A stretch of DNA of 64,000 nucleotides from Macrostomum lignano (taxonomy: Eukaryota). Of the stretch, positions 50,641 to 63,446 are shown piece after piece. The position numbers and the translations under genes are program-made. The notes below the pieces were generated by a model. That model made no database searches and was not told the DNA's origin. It was given only the letters and a program-made list of their open reading frames with translations. The number at the start of each line of letters is the position of its first letter. Positions within the stretch are counted from its first letter, which is position 1. The DNA is taken from positions 582,558-646,557 of the forward strand of contig NIVC01000172.1 of assembly GCA_002269645.1 (NCBI GenBank), in the 5' to 3' direction.

Positions 50641-51576
50641 GTATCAAATCGTTTATAATTATTCATAATATCTGTGTCATATAAATTACTTAGGGTGAAA
50701 TAGGGATAAGCTCGTATTGGCTTGGTATAACAGTTTATCTGCTTTCAGTTCAATAGCAAGGAAGATTGCATGTACATTATCCAGCGCCAATAAGAATTAC
50801 ATAATGGGTAATTAGGCTGGGTCGGAGAGCGGGGGTAGAGATTTTTGTGTGGAAAAACGCGGTTGGCTGGGTCAAGCTAAGGGGGTAAGAGGGCTATAAA
50901 TGAGCGCCTGTCTTTAATAATACGTTAAAATGCTTCCTATTTAACTTACTACTAAACTGACAGTAGCTTACACGCAAATGTGCAGAGTGGCCATATCTAG
51001 TTATTCTGGTATCTACGCTTCTATCATCTTATTTCAATAGTCAGGTTTTTAGTTAAGTTGGATAATCGCCGGCAAAGCAAAGTTAAGCAAAGTTGGTTAT
51101 GGTTAGTACGCAGCTGAATAGGCTGCTTGCATCGTCTCTCTTAAGGTGGGTTGGGTTAATATTTATCAAAGCGATACTTGGCATTTATATGTACGTAGAC
51201 GTCCTAGAAGTCATAAAAGTACATTTCCGATGGCAAATAACCGTCGCACCGTCCAGGGACCCAGACGGCAAGAGCATCAGCATCATTAGCGAGGACCGGC
51301 AGCCGATTGAGCTGCCGACAGCTCAGGCCCAGGCTCACAATCAGTTAGCAAACTGCGATGCTGCAGCTGGCGAACCAGCCATGGCAACTGTTGCTATGGA
51401 CGCCAGCGATTCGGCTTGTCGTCGCTGTTCTTTAAGTGCAGCATCAGCTGGCTATGCGAGAGATCAGGTGGTCGATGAGGCTGCGGAGAGTGAGTTCTCT
51501 GCAAGTGGCTGAGCTGGAGTCCGGGACTGAATAATCTGAATTGATAGTGCGATCTAATGCATGTGATTTACCGAAT

Positions 51577-51891
51577 AGATCCTCAGTTGCTGGGCCAGCC
51601 TCCCAGATCCTCAGTTGCTGGGCCAGCCTCCCAGATCCTCAGTTGCTGGGCCAGCCTCCCAGATCCTCAGTTGCTGGGCCAGCCTCCCAGATCCTCAGTT
51701 GCTGGGCCAGTCTCCCAGATCCTCAGTTTCTGGGCCAGCCTCCCAGATCCTCAGTTGCTGGGCCAGCCTCCTAGATCCTCAGTTGCTGGGCCAGCCTCCC
51801 AGATCCTCAGTTGCTGGGCCAGCCTCCCAGATCCTCAGTTGCTGGGCCAGTCTCCCAGATCCTCAGTTGCTGGGCCAGCCTCCCAGATCCT
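51577..51891. repeat. 28-bp minisatellite (second locus)
   Basis: About 11 units. Confidence 0.95.
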
Positions 51892-52540
51892 TACCCTTGT
51901 CTTACAGCCGCTATCCTCTTAACTCCCAAGCAGAGTTGCACTTGCTTTGTGCTTAGAAAATTTTGTTGCAATAAAAGATTTGGATCTGGTCTGCGGCTGG
52001 GAAGTCCAAGGAAACGATTCTTTTTCAGCCTAATTACGAACAAATTTGTAAGCCACTGAGGTCTGTTGTTATTATTTGTGCAATTTGTAATTAAGTGTAG
52101 CAATTTTTTGCTTGATTTGCATCTTTTCGATGTTTACTATTAGTAGTGTGTGCGTTGTGCGTTGATTAAATAAAGTGCGAGTTAAAATTATATTGCATAT
52201 TGAACAGCGATAATGGTTGGATTGAGTCTTACGCTTCGTATTTGTCTATATTATCACCTGCGTTCTGATTAGCCCATCTAGTTGATCCATCCTTGTTGTG
52301 TCTACAATGTATCCGCAATATCATGCTTATAAACCGTTGAAATTGGATTTTTTCATTTATTCATATTTTCTCGCAAGGTTAACAAGCGGAATTCGGGTAT
52401 ATGTTTATGACTAATATATTTGTATATTTACCTGAGCGAGTAATTCCTGTAAAAACATTTTCTATGCTACAACTGCTTGCTTTTTACAAAGCAATGAGAT
52501 TTTTTCAAATGGATAATTCAGGGTGTCTGCTTTGTCAACC

Positions 52541-53642
52541 TGGTGTCAGTGTCTTTGTGTCTGTCAGTGTGTCTGTGTCTGTCCGTCTTTGTGTCTATCA
52601 GTGTGTCTGTGTTTGTCAGTGTGTCTTTGTGTCTGTCAGTGTGTCTGTGTCTGTCCGTCTTTGTGTCTATCAGTGTGTCTGTGTTTGTCAGTGTGTCTTT
52701 GTGTCTGTCAGTGTGTCTGTGTCTGTCCGTCTTTGTGTCTATCAGTGTGTCTGTGTTTGTCAGTGTGTCTTTGTGTCTGTCAGTGTGTCTGTGTCTGTCC
52801 GTCTATGTGTCTATCAGTGTGTCTGTGTTTGTCAGTGTGTCTTTGTGTCTGTCAGTGTGTCTGTGTCTGTCCGTCTTTGTGTCTATCAGTGTGTCTGTGT
52901 TTGTCAGTGTGTCTTTGTGTCTGTCAGTGTGTCTGTGTCTGTTAGTCTTTGTGTCTATCAGTGTGTCTGTGTTTGTCAGTGTGTCTTTGTGTCTGCTAGT
53001 GTGTCTTTGTGTCTGTCAGTGTGTCTGTGTCTATCAGTGTGTCTGTGTTTGTCAGTGTGTCTTTGTGTCTGTCAGTGTGTCTTTGTGTCTGTCAGTGTGT
53101 CTTTGTGTCTGTCAGTTTGTCTGTGTCTGTCAGTGTGTCTTTGTGTCTGCTAGTGTGTCTTTGTGTCTGTCAGTTTGTCTGTGTGTCTGTCAGTGCGTCT
53201 TTGTGTCTGTCAGTGCGTCTTTGTGTCTGTCAGTGTGTCTTTGTGTCTGTCAGTGTGTCTGTGTCTGTCAGTGTGTCTTTGTCTGTCAGTGTGTCTTTGT
53301 GTCTGCTAGTGTGTCTTTGTGTCTGTCAGTTTGTCTGTGTGTCTGTCAGTGCGTCTTTGTGTCTGTCAGTGCGTCTTTGTGTCTGTCAGTGTGTCTTTGT
53401 GTCTGTCAGTGTGTCTGTGTCTGTCAGTGTGTCTTTGTGTCTGTCAGTGTGTCTTTTTGTCTGTCAGTGTGTCTGTGTCTGTCAGTGTGTCTTTGTGTCT
53501 GTCAGTGTGTCTTTGTGTCTGCTAGTGTGTCTTTGTGTCTGTCAGTGTGTCTTTGTGTCTGTCAGTGTGTCTTTGTGTCTGCTAGTGTGTCTTTGTGTCT
53601 GTCAGTGTGTCTTTGTGTCTGTCAGTGTGTCTTTGTGTCTGT
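52541..53642. repeat. TG-rich compound minisatellite (GTGTCTGTCAGTGTGTCTTT)
   Basis: 18-20-bp units with a 72-bp higher-order unit in the first part. Confidence 0.96.
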
Positions 53643-54247
53643 CGGATAAAGTTTTATCCGGTCTGCTTGTTGCGGTCTTTGCTTTTATTACGCAGAAGCA
53701 AATTCTTAATCAGCAATTCCCTATGCCTATTTACATGCGGATATTATTTGGTCCAATAATGGTCAGTTGTAGCTTCGTACGATTTGCTCAACTGCGCAAT
53801 GCTAACATAAATATATTAAGTCTCATAAAGCCTCAATTTGCAAAATCCACATCAAGAGCATTCGCCTTTATCTTTGCCTGTTTTGTACCTGTCATATCTC
53901 TGTGTTTTTTGGCTAAAGTAGAAATTAATGTTATGTGTATATATATAATACTACACAGCTGTATAAAGCTGCTGCATATATGCTCTATTTAATTAGTGTG
54001 TATAGGGCCTGTTGTATCTTTTAAGTTCTGTCGAATATTTCTCAAATTATTTTTTTCTCTATATTTGTTTTTTTTTGTGGGGTTTGTAAACAAAGTTTTA
54101 TATTTATACACTATACAATACAGATAGTTGGCTAAATTCGATTGCAATGCTGCATAAATTTAATTTTCGCGTCCTACACTACTCATATGCTTTTTGGTCG
54201 TTGTTTCTTTGACTTCCTCATTTCGGCAAGGTATTTTTTCGGTGATT

Positions 54248-54592
54248 GAGTGAGGTGGGTGACTTAGTGAGGGGAGAGTGAGGTTGGTAATTTAGTCGGG
54301 GAAAGAGGTGGGTGATTTAGTTGGGGAGTGAGGTGGCTGATTTAATGGAGAGAGTGAGGTGGGTGATTTAGTAGGGGAGTGAGGTGGGTGATTTAGTAGG
54401 GGAGTGAGGTGGGTGATTTAGTAGGGGAGTGAGGTGGCTGATTTAGTAGGGGAGTGAGGTGGGTGATTTAGTAGGGGAGTGAGGTGGGTGATTTAGTAGG
54501 GGAGTGAGGTGGGTGATTTAGTAGGGGAGTGAGGTGGGTGATTTAGTAGGGGAGTGAGGTGGGTGATTTAGTAGGGGAGTGAGGTGGGTGAT
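54248..54592. repeat. 25-bp minisatellite (GAGGTGGGTGATTTAGTAGGGGAGT)
   Basis: About 13 units. Confidence 0.95.
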
Positions 54593-54917
54593 TCGTGATA
54601 ATTGAGCGTAGCGTAAGTCTATGGAGTCGCATTGAGGAGACTGAAGAAGTCATGATGGTACAGGCCAGCATTGCAGACATTAAGTAGCAATAAGACAATT
54701 TTGCTCATCAAACATTGCTGCATGCGTTTGCTGCCATCGGGCTGCGCGTGGCAACCAGTTTAAATAAGGCGGTCGCCTTAACGACTGTCGTCAGGTGCAA
54801 ATTTGGATCCGCCTCCGTCATACAATGGGATAATCCAGCTTTTGACAAAGGTTGGGAAAGCTTTTTTAGCGCAATTATGCTGGGCCATGCCGTTTTTAGG
54901 TTATCCTGGCTACGAGT

Positions 54918-55255
54918 AGATTAGCAATCCATTATACTGCATCCTTGTGGGCTAGATTAGCAATCCATTCTATTCCTGCATCCTTGTGGGCTAGATTAGC
55001 AATCCATTCTATTCCTGCATCCTCATTGGCTAGATTAGCAATCCATTCTACGAGTATTCGTGCATCCTTGTGGGCTAGATTAGCAATCCATTCTATTCCT
55101 GCATCCTTGTGGGCTAGATTAGCAATCCATTCTATTCCTGCATCCTTGTGGGCTAGATTAGCAATCCATTCTATTCCCGCATCCTCATTGGCTGGATTAG
55201 CAAGCCAGTCTGCTGTATCCTCATTGGCTGGATTAGCAAGCCAGTCTGCTGTATC
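54918..55255. repeat. 39-bp minisatellite (second locus)
   Basis: Same unit as 36438-36803. Confidence 0.94.
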
Positions 55256-55274
55256 TCACCTGTCGTGCTTGCAG

Positions 55275-55525
55275 AGATCAGCTCTTTAGTCCGTGTGACG
55301 GACTTCAGCTGCACCGCGGCATCCAACTTAAGCAGCAACTTCGAAGGAGACGACGGCGCTGAGAGGCGGGCCGAGTCCAAGGAGCCGGACGGCCTCCGGG
55401 TTGTGGAGAGCCGCGACTGTCTGGTGTATCACAGCGAGGCGGCCCAGTGCACGGCCAGTTTAAAGGTGCTGAACAGCGGCCTTCGGGAGCTGACAGCCGC
55501 CGGGTGGAGCTTCGGCTTGGTGCAG
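55275..55525 (+). CDS. Uncharacterised protein, internal exon A
   Basis: GC-rich coding-like island; acceptor TTGCAG; ends CAG|GCGAGT (GC donor); the upstream exon was not found. Confidence 0.5.
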
Positions 55526-55624
55526 GCGAGTTCGCTGTGTATTTTCCGGGTTTATAATTGAGTTTTTGACTGAGGATGACAGTCAGGAGTTCGGACAGGA
55601 TTGTAGGGTGGCTTTTAGGTACAG

Positions 55625-56322
55625 TTATTACAGGTAGTTCAGGGACAGGGTACTTCAGGTACGAGTAGTTTAGGAACAGGCACTTCAGGGACGGGTAGTT
55701 CAGGGACGGGTAGTTCAGGGACGGGTAGTTCGGGGGTAGTTCAGGGACGGGTAGTTCAGGGACGGGTAGTTCGGGGGTAGTTCAGGGAAGGTAGTTCAGG
55801 GACGGCTAGTTCAGGGACGGGTAGTTCAGGGACGGGTAGTTCAGGGACGGGTAGTTCAGAGACGGGTACTTCAGGGACGGGTACTTCAGAGACGGGTACT
55901 TCAGGGACGGGTAGTTCAGGGACGGATAGTTCAGGGACGGGTACTTCAGGGACGGGTACTTCAGGGACGGGTACTTCAGGGACGGGTACTTCAGGGCGGA
56001 TAGTTCAGGGACGGGTACTTCAGGGACGGGTACTTCAGAGACGGGTACTTCAGGGACGGGTACGAGTAGTTCAGGGACGGATAGTTCAGGGACGGGTACT
56101 TCAGGGACGGATAGTTCAGGGACGGGTACTTCAGGGACGGGGTACTTCAGGGACGAGTAGTTCAGGGACAAGCACTTCAGGCACTGGTAGTTCAGGGACA
56201 GGCACCGGTAGTTCAGGGACAGGCACCGGTAGTTCAGGGACAGGCACCGGTAGTTCAGGGACAGGCACCAGTAGTTCAGGGACAGGCACCGGTAGTTCAG
56301 GGACAGGCACCGGTAGTTCAGT
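55625..56322. repeat. 15-bp and 21-bp intronic minisatellites (GTAGTTCAGGGACGG)
   Basis: Fill the GC-AG intron. Confidence 0.94.
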
Positions 56323-56356
56323 GACTTGATTCTTCCATTCCCGCCTGGCACCGCAG

Positions 56357-56607
56357 GCCTGTCGGCAGTCGCGGATCGAGCACCGCTACGGCAGGTCGGG
56401 CAGCGCGCACTGGGTGTTCCCTGAGCTGGCCAGCGGCGCCCGACGTTGGTTGAGCGACAGCGACGGCACCCATTTCCCGTTCTATGGCCGCTACTCCGTT
56501 GCCGGGGCGGCCAGGGGCCAGCGGCTGCCGCGCCAGCGAATCCTGCTCAGCCTGCTGGACTCCTTTCACCCCACCGTGAGCTGGCGGCTCACCTGCGCCA
56601 AGGACAG
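56357..56607 (+). CDS. Uncharacterised protein, exon B
   Basis: Acceptor CCGCAG (phase 0), open frame ACRQSRIEHRYG..SWRLTCAKD, donor AG|GTGCGA. Confidence 0.55.
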
Positions 56608-56626
56608 GTGCGACACGGCAGGACTC

Positions 56627-57420
56627 TAATCTCTCTCCCTGTCTCTCTAATCTCTATCCCTGTCTCTCTAATCTCTCTCCCTGTCTCTCTAATCTCTCTC
56701 CCTGTCTCTCTAATCTCTCTCCCTGTCTCTCTAATCTCTCTCCCTGTCTCTCTAATCTCTCACCCCGTCTCTTTAATCTCTCTCCCTGTCTCTCTAATCT
56801 CTCTCCCTGTCTCTCTAATCTCTCTCCCTGTCTCTCTAATCTATGAGTATCTCATCTCTATCTTTCTCACCTCCTCATTCCTATCCCTCTCTCATCCCCT
56901 ATCCCTCTCTCATCCTCTATCCCTCTCTCATCCCCTATCCCTCTCTCATCCTCTATCCCTCTCTCATCCCCTATCCCTCACTCATCCCCTATCCCTCACT
57001 CATCCTCTATCCCTCACTCATTCTCTATCCCTCTCTCATCACCTATCCCTCACTCATCCTCTATCCCTCACTCATTCTCTATCCCTCACTCATCCCCTAT
57101 CCCTCTCTCATCCCCTATCCCTCTCTCATCCCCTATCCCTCACTCATCCCCTATCTTTCACTCATCCTCTATCCCTCACTCATTCTCTATCCCTCTCTCA
57201 TCCCCTATCCCTCACTCATCCCCTATCCCTCACTCATCCTCTATCCCTCACTCATTCTCTATCCCTCTCTCATCCCCTATCCCTCACTCATCCTCTATCC
57301 CTCACTCATCCTCTATCCCTCTCTCATCCTCTATCCCTCACTCATTCTCTATCCCTCACTCATCCCCTATCCCTCACTCATCCCCTATCCCTCATCTCAT
57401 ATCCCTCACTCCCTATCTCC
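56627..57420. repeat. 21-bp and 18-bp pyrimidine-rich intronic minisatellites
   Basis: CTCTCTAATCTCTCTCCCTGT, then CTATCCCTCTCTCATCCC units. Confidence 0.94.
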
Positions 57421-57496
57421 CTGACGCAAACAAGTATAGCTCACCCTAAACCAACCGCATCATCCCCAGTCTCTGTGAGATCATCCGGCAGCAGAG

Positions 57497-57908
57497 CTTT
57501 CGCATTTGGCTTGTGGCCACTCCGCATTCGCCACGACAAATCCTGGAGCTGCAGCAGAAGCAGCAGCAGCAGCAGCAGCCAACTGACTTTCGAGTTCTAA
57601 CCGACAGTCGAGGTTCTGTCTGCGCAGCCGACTGGCAGTTTGAAATGCTAGCGAAATTCGACTGTGCCAGGCCCGTCGGGCGCAGGCTGGTGTCAGTCAG
57701 GCGGTCGGTGACGGCTGGCCCGGCAGACAGTCGCGAGGATGAGGCTGCCAACCTTCCGCTGCAGGCTGTCACAGGAGTCACCTGCAACGACGCCCAGCAG
57801 CTGGTTTGGCGGGCCGCATCAAAGATTTCTGCGGCTGACGTGCTGCTGATACCCGCCAGGAGGCCGGGTGACTCTGGCCGCACAGAGGACAGTAGAAGCG
57901 GGGGCTGA
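57497..57908 (+). CDS. Uncharacterised protein, last exon C
   Basis: Acceptor CAGAG in phase 2 joins exon B to ORF 57513..57908. Confidence 0.5.
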
Positions 57909-57983
57909 TGTACTGACTGATTGATTGATTGACCTAAGGAGTTTTCTCTCCTTAATCAGAGAGGAGAGACCCCAAGAGATCCC

Positions 57984-58575
57984 AGCCAATCAAAAAGTAG
58001 AGTGAGATAAAAAGCTTCCAGCCAATCAGAGACCAGGGTGAAACAGGAGGTACGATAGCCAATCAGAGCAGAGTGAAACAGAAAAAAAGATATCCCAGCC
58101 AATCAGAGCACAGGTGAGACAGGTGACATATCCTAGCCAATCAGAGCATAGAGTGAAACAGGTAAGATATCCCAGCCAATCAGAGCACAGAGTGAGACAG
58201 GTGAGATATCTAGCCAATCAGAGCACAGAGTGAGACAGGTGATTTATCCCAGCCAATCAGAGCACAGAGTGAGACAGGTGATATATCCCAGCCAATCAGA
58301 GCACAGAGTGAGACAGGTGAGATATCCCAGCCAATCAGAGCACAGAGTGAGACAGGTGAGATATTACAGCCAATCAGAGCACAGAGTGAGACAGGTGATA
58401 TATCCCAGCCAATCAGAGCACAGAGTGAGACAGGTGAGATATCCCAGCCAATCAGAGCACAGAGTGAGACAGGTGAGATATCCCAGCCAATCAGAGCACA
58501 GAGTGAGACAGGTGAGATATTACAGCCAATCAGAGCACAAAGTGAGACAGGTGAGATATTACAGCCAATCAGAGT
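57984..58575. repeat. 39-bp minisatellite with CCAAT in each unit (AGCCAATCAGAGCACAGAGTGAGACAGGTGAGATATCCC)
   Basis: About 14 units. Confidence 0.95.
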
Positions 58576-60464
58576 TGAGTCAGCCGTTATGTTCACTTTG
58601 TAGTCGTGTGAAAGATATCATATTTATATCATAATTATTTAATGAGAATCAGGAATGCCATTTTTTAAATACTCGAGTCGATTGATGTACAGTCATGTGT
58701 ATCGCATATGTAATTTAATTTATTAATTATCATATCGCATCTTTCCAAGTGATGATTTTTAAACAACACTAATGATTTAATATCTTATCTCTTCGATGTA
58801 TTTTTCGGTTTTAAATTTCCATGGTGAATGAAATGATTATAATTTTTGTCGAACAGCATACCCCTTTTGAAGCACCAAATAAATCAGCCCGGCCCGTTCC
58901 AAAGAGTGTAATTCAAAAGAGATCAAGTCAATAACTTTATACTTTTTATTTCGATTTTTTCCGTGTCAACACGCCAATGGAACTCCAATTGAAATCGCAA
59001 TTAATATTGCAGGAAAGTTCACGATGCACAAAAAATCGCGCTTGAATTCAGCAACCGATTAAAATTTTCCGATATGAAATTTGAAAACAAAAAAATCAGA
59101 ACAAAATCACAAATATAAACATGGAATGTCGGACTTGCAAGTTGAAAAAGTAAACTGATAAAAATCAATTATAGAAATTGGTTGGCCCGCGAGAAATTTT
59201 ATGCGTCATATTGTGTCAATGAGTTTGTTTTATTGGTCTGTGCGGCAATGGTCTGTGCGCATTTAAACAAATTGATTAACATTTTAAAAACTGATCTTAA
59301 TTGCTATGCTAATTTAGCAGGAGTTGTAAGCAATTATAATTGCACCGAAGCTGTCAGATAACTGACTGATACTCCTTAGCAGGTGCCATTGCGTGTGTCC
59401 AGCACAATGAAAACATATTGATCTGATAGATAAATGAATTATTTGATATATTCGTTAGTGCATAGTAAATTTATGTTCAACAATATAGTGTAGAGAAAGG
59501 CTTATACATTTGCTATTCAGTCGTTTCGAAATACACGCAAATACATCAAAAGATTTCTAATCAAAGTACAAAACTAAACAAGCCCAATTAAAACAATAAA
59601 AGTACAAAAAGGCGAATAAATACTTGGCAATGGGAAGGCATTGATCATTTGACGCAAAAATATAAACTAATTAATTACCAATTAATTTTTTGTTGCAATC
59701 AAAGGCGCCGTGTTGCAGTCCAATGTGTGCGTAAAAATTAACTGATTGATAAGAATAAAATTTTTTATGACTCATTCTGAGAGCAGATGACAGGTCAAGC
59801 AATCCTGCACACTTACGGTGGCTCATATTTTGCAAAGGTTTGAGTTCCAAAATCGGTCAGCCCCACAGATACTAGAATAACTAGATAGACCACTCAGCAC
59901 ATTTGCGTGCCAGCTACTTTCAGTTCAGTAGTAAGTTTAAACTAAAGCATTTTAATGTATTTTTTAAAGACAAGGCTCATTTATTGGCTCTTTACTCTCA
60001 AGCTTAAACCCTCAAACTCCATGCAGAACTTCTACCCCCGCCCCGCCGCCCAATTTTATTGCCTTTCTTCGGTAATTCCAGCCTAAATCTGCCTTGCACA
60101 TTTCAGTGGCCAATGTACATTATGGCTGAACCAATTAGCAAGCTTTGGCTTCTAAACTTATCAAAGTCATTTCAGCTGGCTTTATTTTTATAAAATAGCT
60201 TATGTGTTCTTCTTTGCTACTGAACTGAAAGTAGAAAGCTATTTTGCTAAGTATTTGTGTCTGAGTGGCCCATTTAGTTATTTTAGTATCTGTGGTCAGC
60301 CCCCCTTTAACATTCCAATATCTCACTGCTGTGTACTGACTACTAATGTATAGAATAAATTAAGACTTTTAGCATCATATCTTCTTGTGAGCTTAATTAT
60401 CTCTACATATAAAAATCAAAACTCTGTCTGTCTGTGTGTCTGTGGACAATTTTGATCGTAATTA

Positions 60465-60727
60465 ATAATAATTGATTTCACAGCAGATGTGCAATCGCAG
60501 CTCAGCCGCAGCTATTGCGCGGCGCATCTGAAGGCTGCGTACGGCTGTTCAGTCCAAGGACTGGGGGGTCGCCACGCACACCCTCAATCAAACCAGCTGG
60601 GTGAAATGAAGCAATGCGAAGTTAACTGTCTTGCTCAAGGCCACAAATTATTCCAAGTGGGTCGAGAATCCAACCCCCGACCTTCCAGTCGCGAGTCCGA
60701 CGCTCTACCCACTAGGCTACAGCCCCC
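60465..60727 (-). mobile_element. tRNA-derived SINE with CORE-like central domain
   Basis: Head GGGGGCTGTAGCCTAGTGGGTAGAGCG..GGTTGGATTCTC (A box, degenerate B box); TGTGGCCTTGAGCAAGACAGTTAAC resembles the SINE core motif; ends in an (ATT)n tail. Confidence 0.75.
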
Positions 60728-60905
60728 TCTTCATTACAAGCGCAATTTGCACTATAGGACATTGAAGTGGTTCGCTGTATTAGTTGGGAATAAAAATAGA
60801 AGGGCCAACCGATTTAAAATTGAAACCATTGCAAAATATGAGCCACCCTACTGCACCCTACACAGGCATTTCGCATTGCCTGACAACGCGTTCGCCTGTG
60901 GGTCT

Positions 60906-61268
60906 TCACGCCTCCGTTTCCCCGGCGCCGCCGCCGCCCGCGTCCTCCAGCAGCCGCAGTGGGATCGGCACCGACTTCAACTGCGTTGCGTCGCGCTGGA
61001 ATGCCAGCCGAATCGGCTGCATCTGCTTGACGTCGATGAACAGAGCTTTGGGATCGCGCTGCTGCTGCTGCCGCTGCTGGTGGAGCTCCCTGATCCGAGC
61101 TTCCACCCTGGCGATGAAGTCCGCGCTCACCTTTTGATCGAAGTCATCGTGCGAATTGTACATCTCTAGCAGCTTCTTCACCTGCCCTGGCGCTAGTAGG
61201 TTCGTTGTGGTTGCTATGGTTACAGCATCCTCCGCTGTCTGCTTGTTGGCCTGGAGCAGCTGGCAGGC
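60906..61268 (-). CDS. MYO5: Myosin V-like tail, last exon (end of DIL domain)
   Basis: ACQLLQANKQT..QVKKLLEMYNSHDDFDQKVSADFIARV..LFIDVK..PIRLAF..VPIP parallels the Myo5 C-terminus; acceptor CACACAG in phase 0. Confidence 0.85.
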   Translation of the reverse strand, partial: ACQLLQANKQTAEDAVTIATTTNLLAPGQVKKLLEMYNSHDDFDQKVSADFIARVEARIRELHQQRQQQQRDPKALFIDVKQMQPIRLAFQRDATQLKSVPIPLRLLEDAGGGGAGETEA

Positions 61269-61399
61269 CTGTGTGCGGAGCGGCGGAATTGCAGGGCTGT
61301 TGATTATGCAATTTGAATTTTCAAATTGAAGTAGGACGGCATATTTGTAGGGAGAAGTTTAGTAGGGGCGGATTTCCTAAAATTAAGCTGGAAGAAGGG

Positions 61400-63230
61400 G
61401 CGGACTTTGTAAGATGAAGCCGGATTGGGGGGCGGATTTTGTAAGATAAAGCCGGATTAGGGGGGGGCGGACTTTGTAAGATGAAGCCGGATTGGGGGGC
61501 GGATTTTGTAGGATAAAGCCGGATTGGGGGGTGGATTTTGTAAGATAAAGGCGGATTGAGGGGGCGGATTTTGTAAGATAGTCGGATTGAGGGGGCGGAT
61601 TTTGTAAGATAAAGCCGGATTAGGGGGGGCGGACTTTGTAAGATGAAGCCGGATTGGGGGGCGGATTTTGTAGGATAAAGCCGGATTGGGGGGTGGATTT
61701 TGTAAGATAAAGGCGGATTGAGGGGGCGGATTTTGTAAGATAAAGCCGGATTGGGGGGGTGGATTTTGTAAGATAAAGGCGGATTGAGGGGGCGGATTTT
61801 GTAAGATAGTCGGATTGAGGGGGCGGATTTTGTAGGATAAAGCCGGATTGGGGGGGTGGATTTTGTAAGATAAAGGCGGATTGAGGGAACGGATTTTGTA
61901 AGACAGTCGGATTGAGGGGGCGGATTTTGTAGGATAAAACCGGATTGGGGGGCGGATTTTGTAAGATGTAGCCGGATTGGGGGGGGCGGATTTTGTAAGA
62001 TAAAGCCGGATTAGGGGGGTGGACTTTGTAAGATGAAGCCGGATTGGGGGGCGGATTTTGTAGGATAAAGCCGGATTGGGGGGTGGATTTTGTAAGATAA
62101 AGGCGGATTGAGGGGGCGGATTTTGTAAGATAGTCGGATTGAGGGGGCGGATTTTGTAAGATAAAGGCGGATTGAGGGGCGGATTTTGTAAGATGTAGCC
62201 GGATTGGGGGGCGGATTTTGTAGGATAAAACCGGATTGGAGGCGGATTTTGTAAGATGAAGCCGGATTGGGGGGCGGATTTTGTAGGATAAAGCCGGATT
62301 GGGGGGGCGGATTTTGTAAGATGAAGCCGGATTTGGAGGGGGCGGATTTTGTAAGATGAAGCCGGATTTGGAGGGGGCGGATTTTGTAAGATGAAGCCGG
62401 ATTTGGAGGGGGCGGATTTTGTAAGATGAAGCCGGATTTGGAGGGGGCGGATTTTGTAAGATGAAGCCGGATTGGGGTGGGGCGGATTTTGTAAGATGAA
62501 GCCGGATTGGAGTGGGGCGGATTTTGTAAGATGAAGCCGGATTGAGGGCGGATTTTGTAGGATAAAGCCGGATTGGGGGGGCGGATTTTGTAAGATGAAG
62601 CCGGATTTGGAGGGGGCGGATTTTGTAAGATGAAGCCGGATTTGGAGGGGGCGGATTTTGTAAGATGAAGCCGGATTTGGAGGGGGCGGATTTTGTAAGA
62701 TGAAGCCGGATTGGGGGCGGATTTTGTAAGATAAAGTCGGATTGGGGGCGGATTTTGTAAGATGAAGCCGGATTTGGAGGGGGCTGATTTTGTAAGATGA
62801 AGCCGGATTGAGGGCGGATTTTGTAAGTTAAAGCTGGATTGGGGGGCGGATTTTGTAAGTTAAAGCTGGATTGGGGGCGGATTTTGTAAGTTAAAGCTGG
62901 ATTGGGGGGCGGATTTTGTAGTGTAAGGAGCGAAGCTGTGCACACGGTAGAGGGCGGATTTTGTAGTGTAAGGAGCGAAGCTGTGCACACGGTAGAGGGC
63001 GGATTTTGTAGTGTAAGGAGCGAAGCTGTGCACACGGTAGAGGGCGGATTTTGTAGTGTAAGGAGCGAAGCTGTGCACACGGTAGAGGGCGGATTTTGTA
63101 GTGTAAGGAGCGAAGCTGTGCACACGGTAGAGGGCGGATTTTGTAGTGTAAGGAGCGAAGCTGTGCACACGGTAGAGGGCGGATTTTGTAGTGTAAGGAG
63201 CGAAGCTGTGCACACGGTAGAGGGCGGATT
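61400..63230. repeat. Intronic minisatellites (about 31-bp GGCGGATTTTGTAAGATGAAGCCGGATTGGG, then 45-bp units)
   Basis: Fill the last intron of the myosin V-like gene. Confidence 0.96.
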
Positions 63231-63236
63231 TATTAC

Positions 63237-63446
63237 CTGGACCAGCGGCTCCAAGGCGGTCAGCGCAGCGGAGACGTCCAGCTCTCGCAGGGCGGACTCC
63301 AGCTGCGACAGGCAGTAGCGCAGCTGCATACCCCGGGACCAATGGCACAGCTCCCGCCGCAGCATCAGCTGATTGAAGCAGTGGCCGCACAGCCAGCGCA
63401 AAGTTTGCTCAACCAGCTGGGCGAGGGCCTCGTCCGGCAGTCCGGC
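63237..63446 (-). CDS. MYO5: Myosin V-like tail, penultimate exon (DIL domain)
   Basis: QLVEQTLRWLCGHCFNQLMLRRELCHWSRGMQLRYCLSQLE..LEPLVQ is the DIL signature; donor GTAATA; the 5' acceptor could be slightly further upstream. Confidence 0.87.

Noticed and set aside
51093-51512. Fourth RNF19 exon
   Set aside because: It would need a weak donor upstream of the exon 3 stop codon, and the strong GTGAGT donor gives the wrong phase; left unannotated.
60395-60450. CAGA repeat plus TTTTTATATGTAGAGAT resembling a Helentron/DINE end
   Set aside because: Too short; no matching other end or hairpin found.
60655-60727. Possible tRNA gene
   Set aside because: Acceptor and anticodon stems do not pair, the T-loop is mutated, and it continues into a SINE body.
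57984-62915. CCAAT-box and GC-box arrays as regulatory elements
   Set aside because: The motifs are by-products of minisatellite units; no linked promoter evidence.
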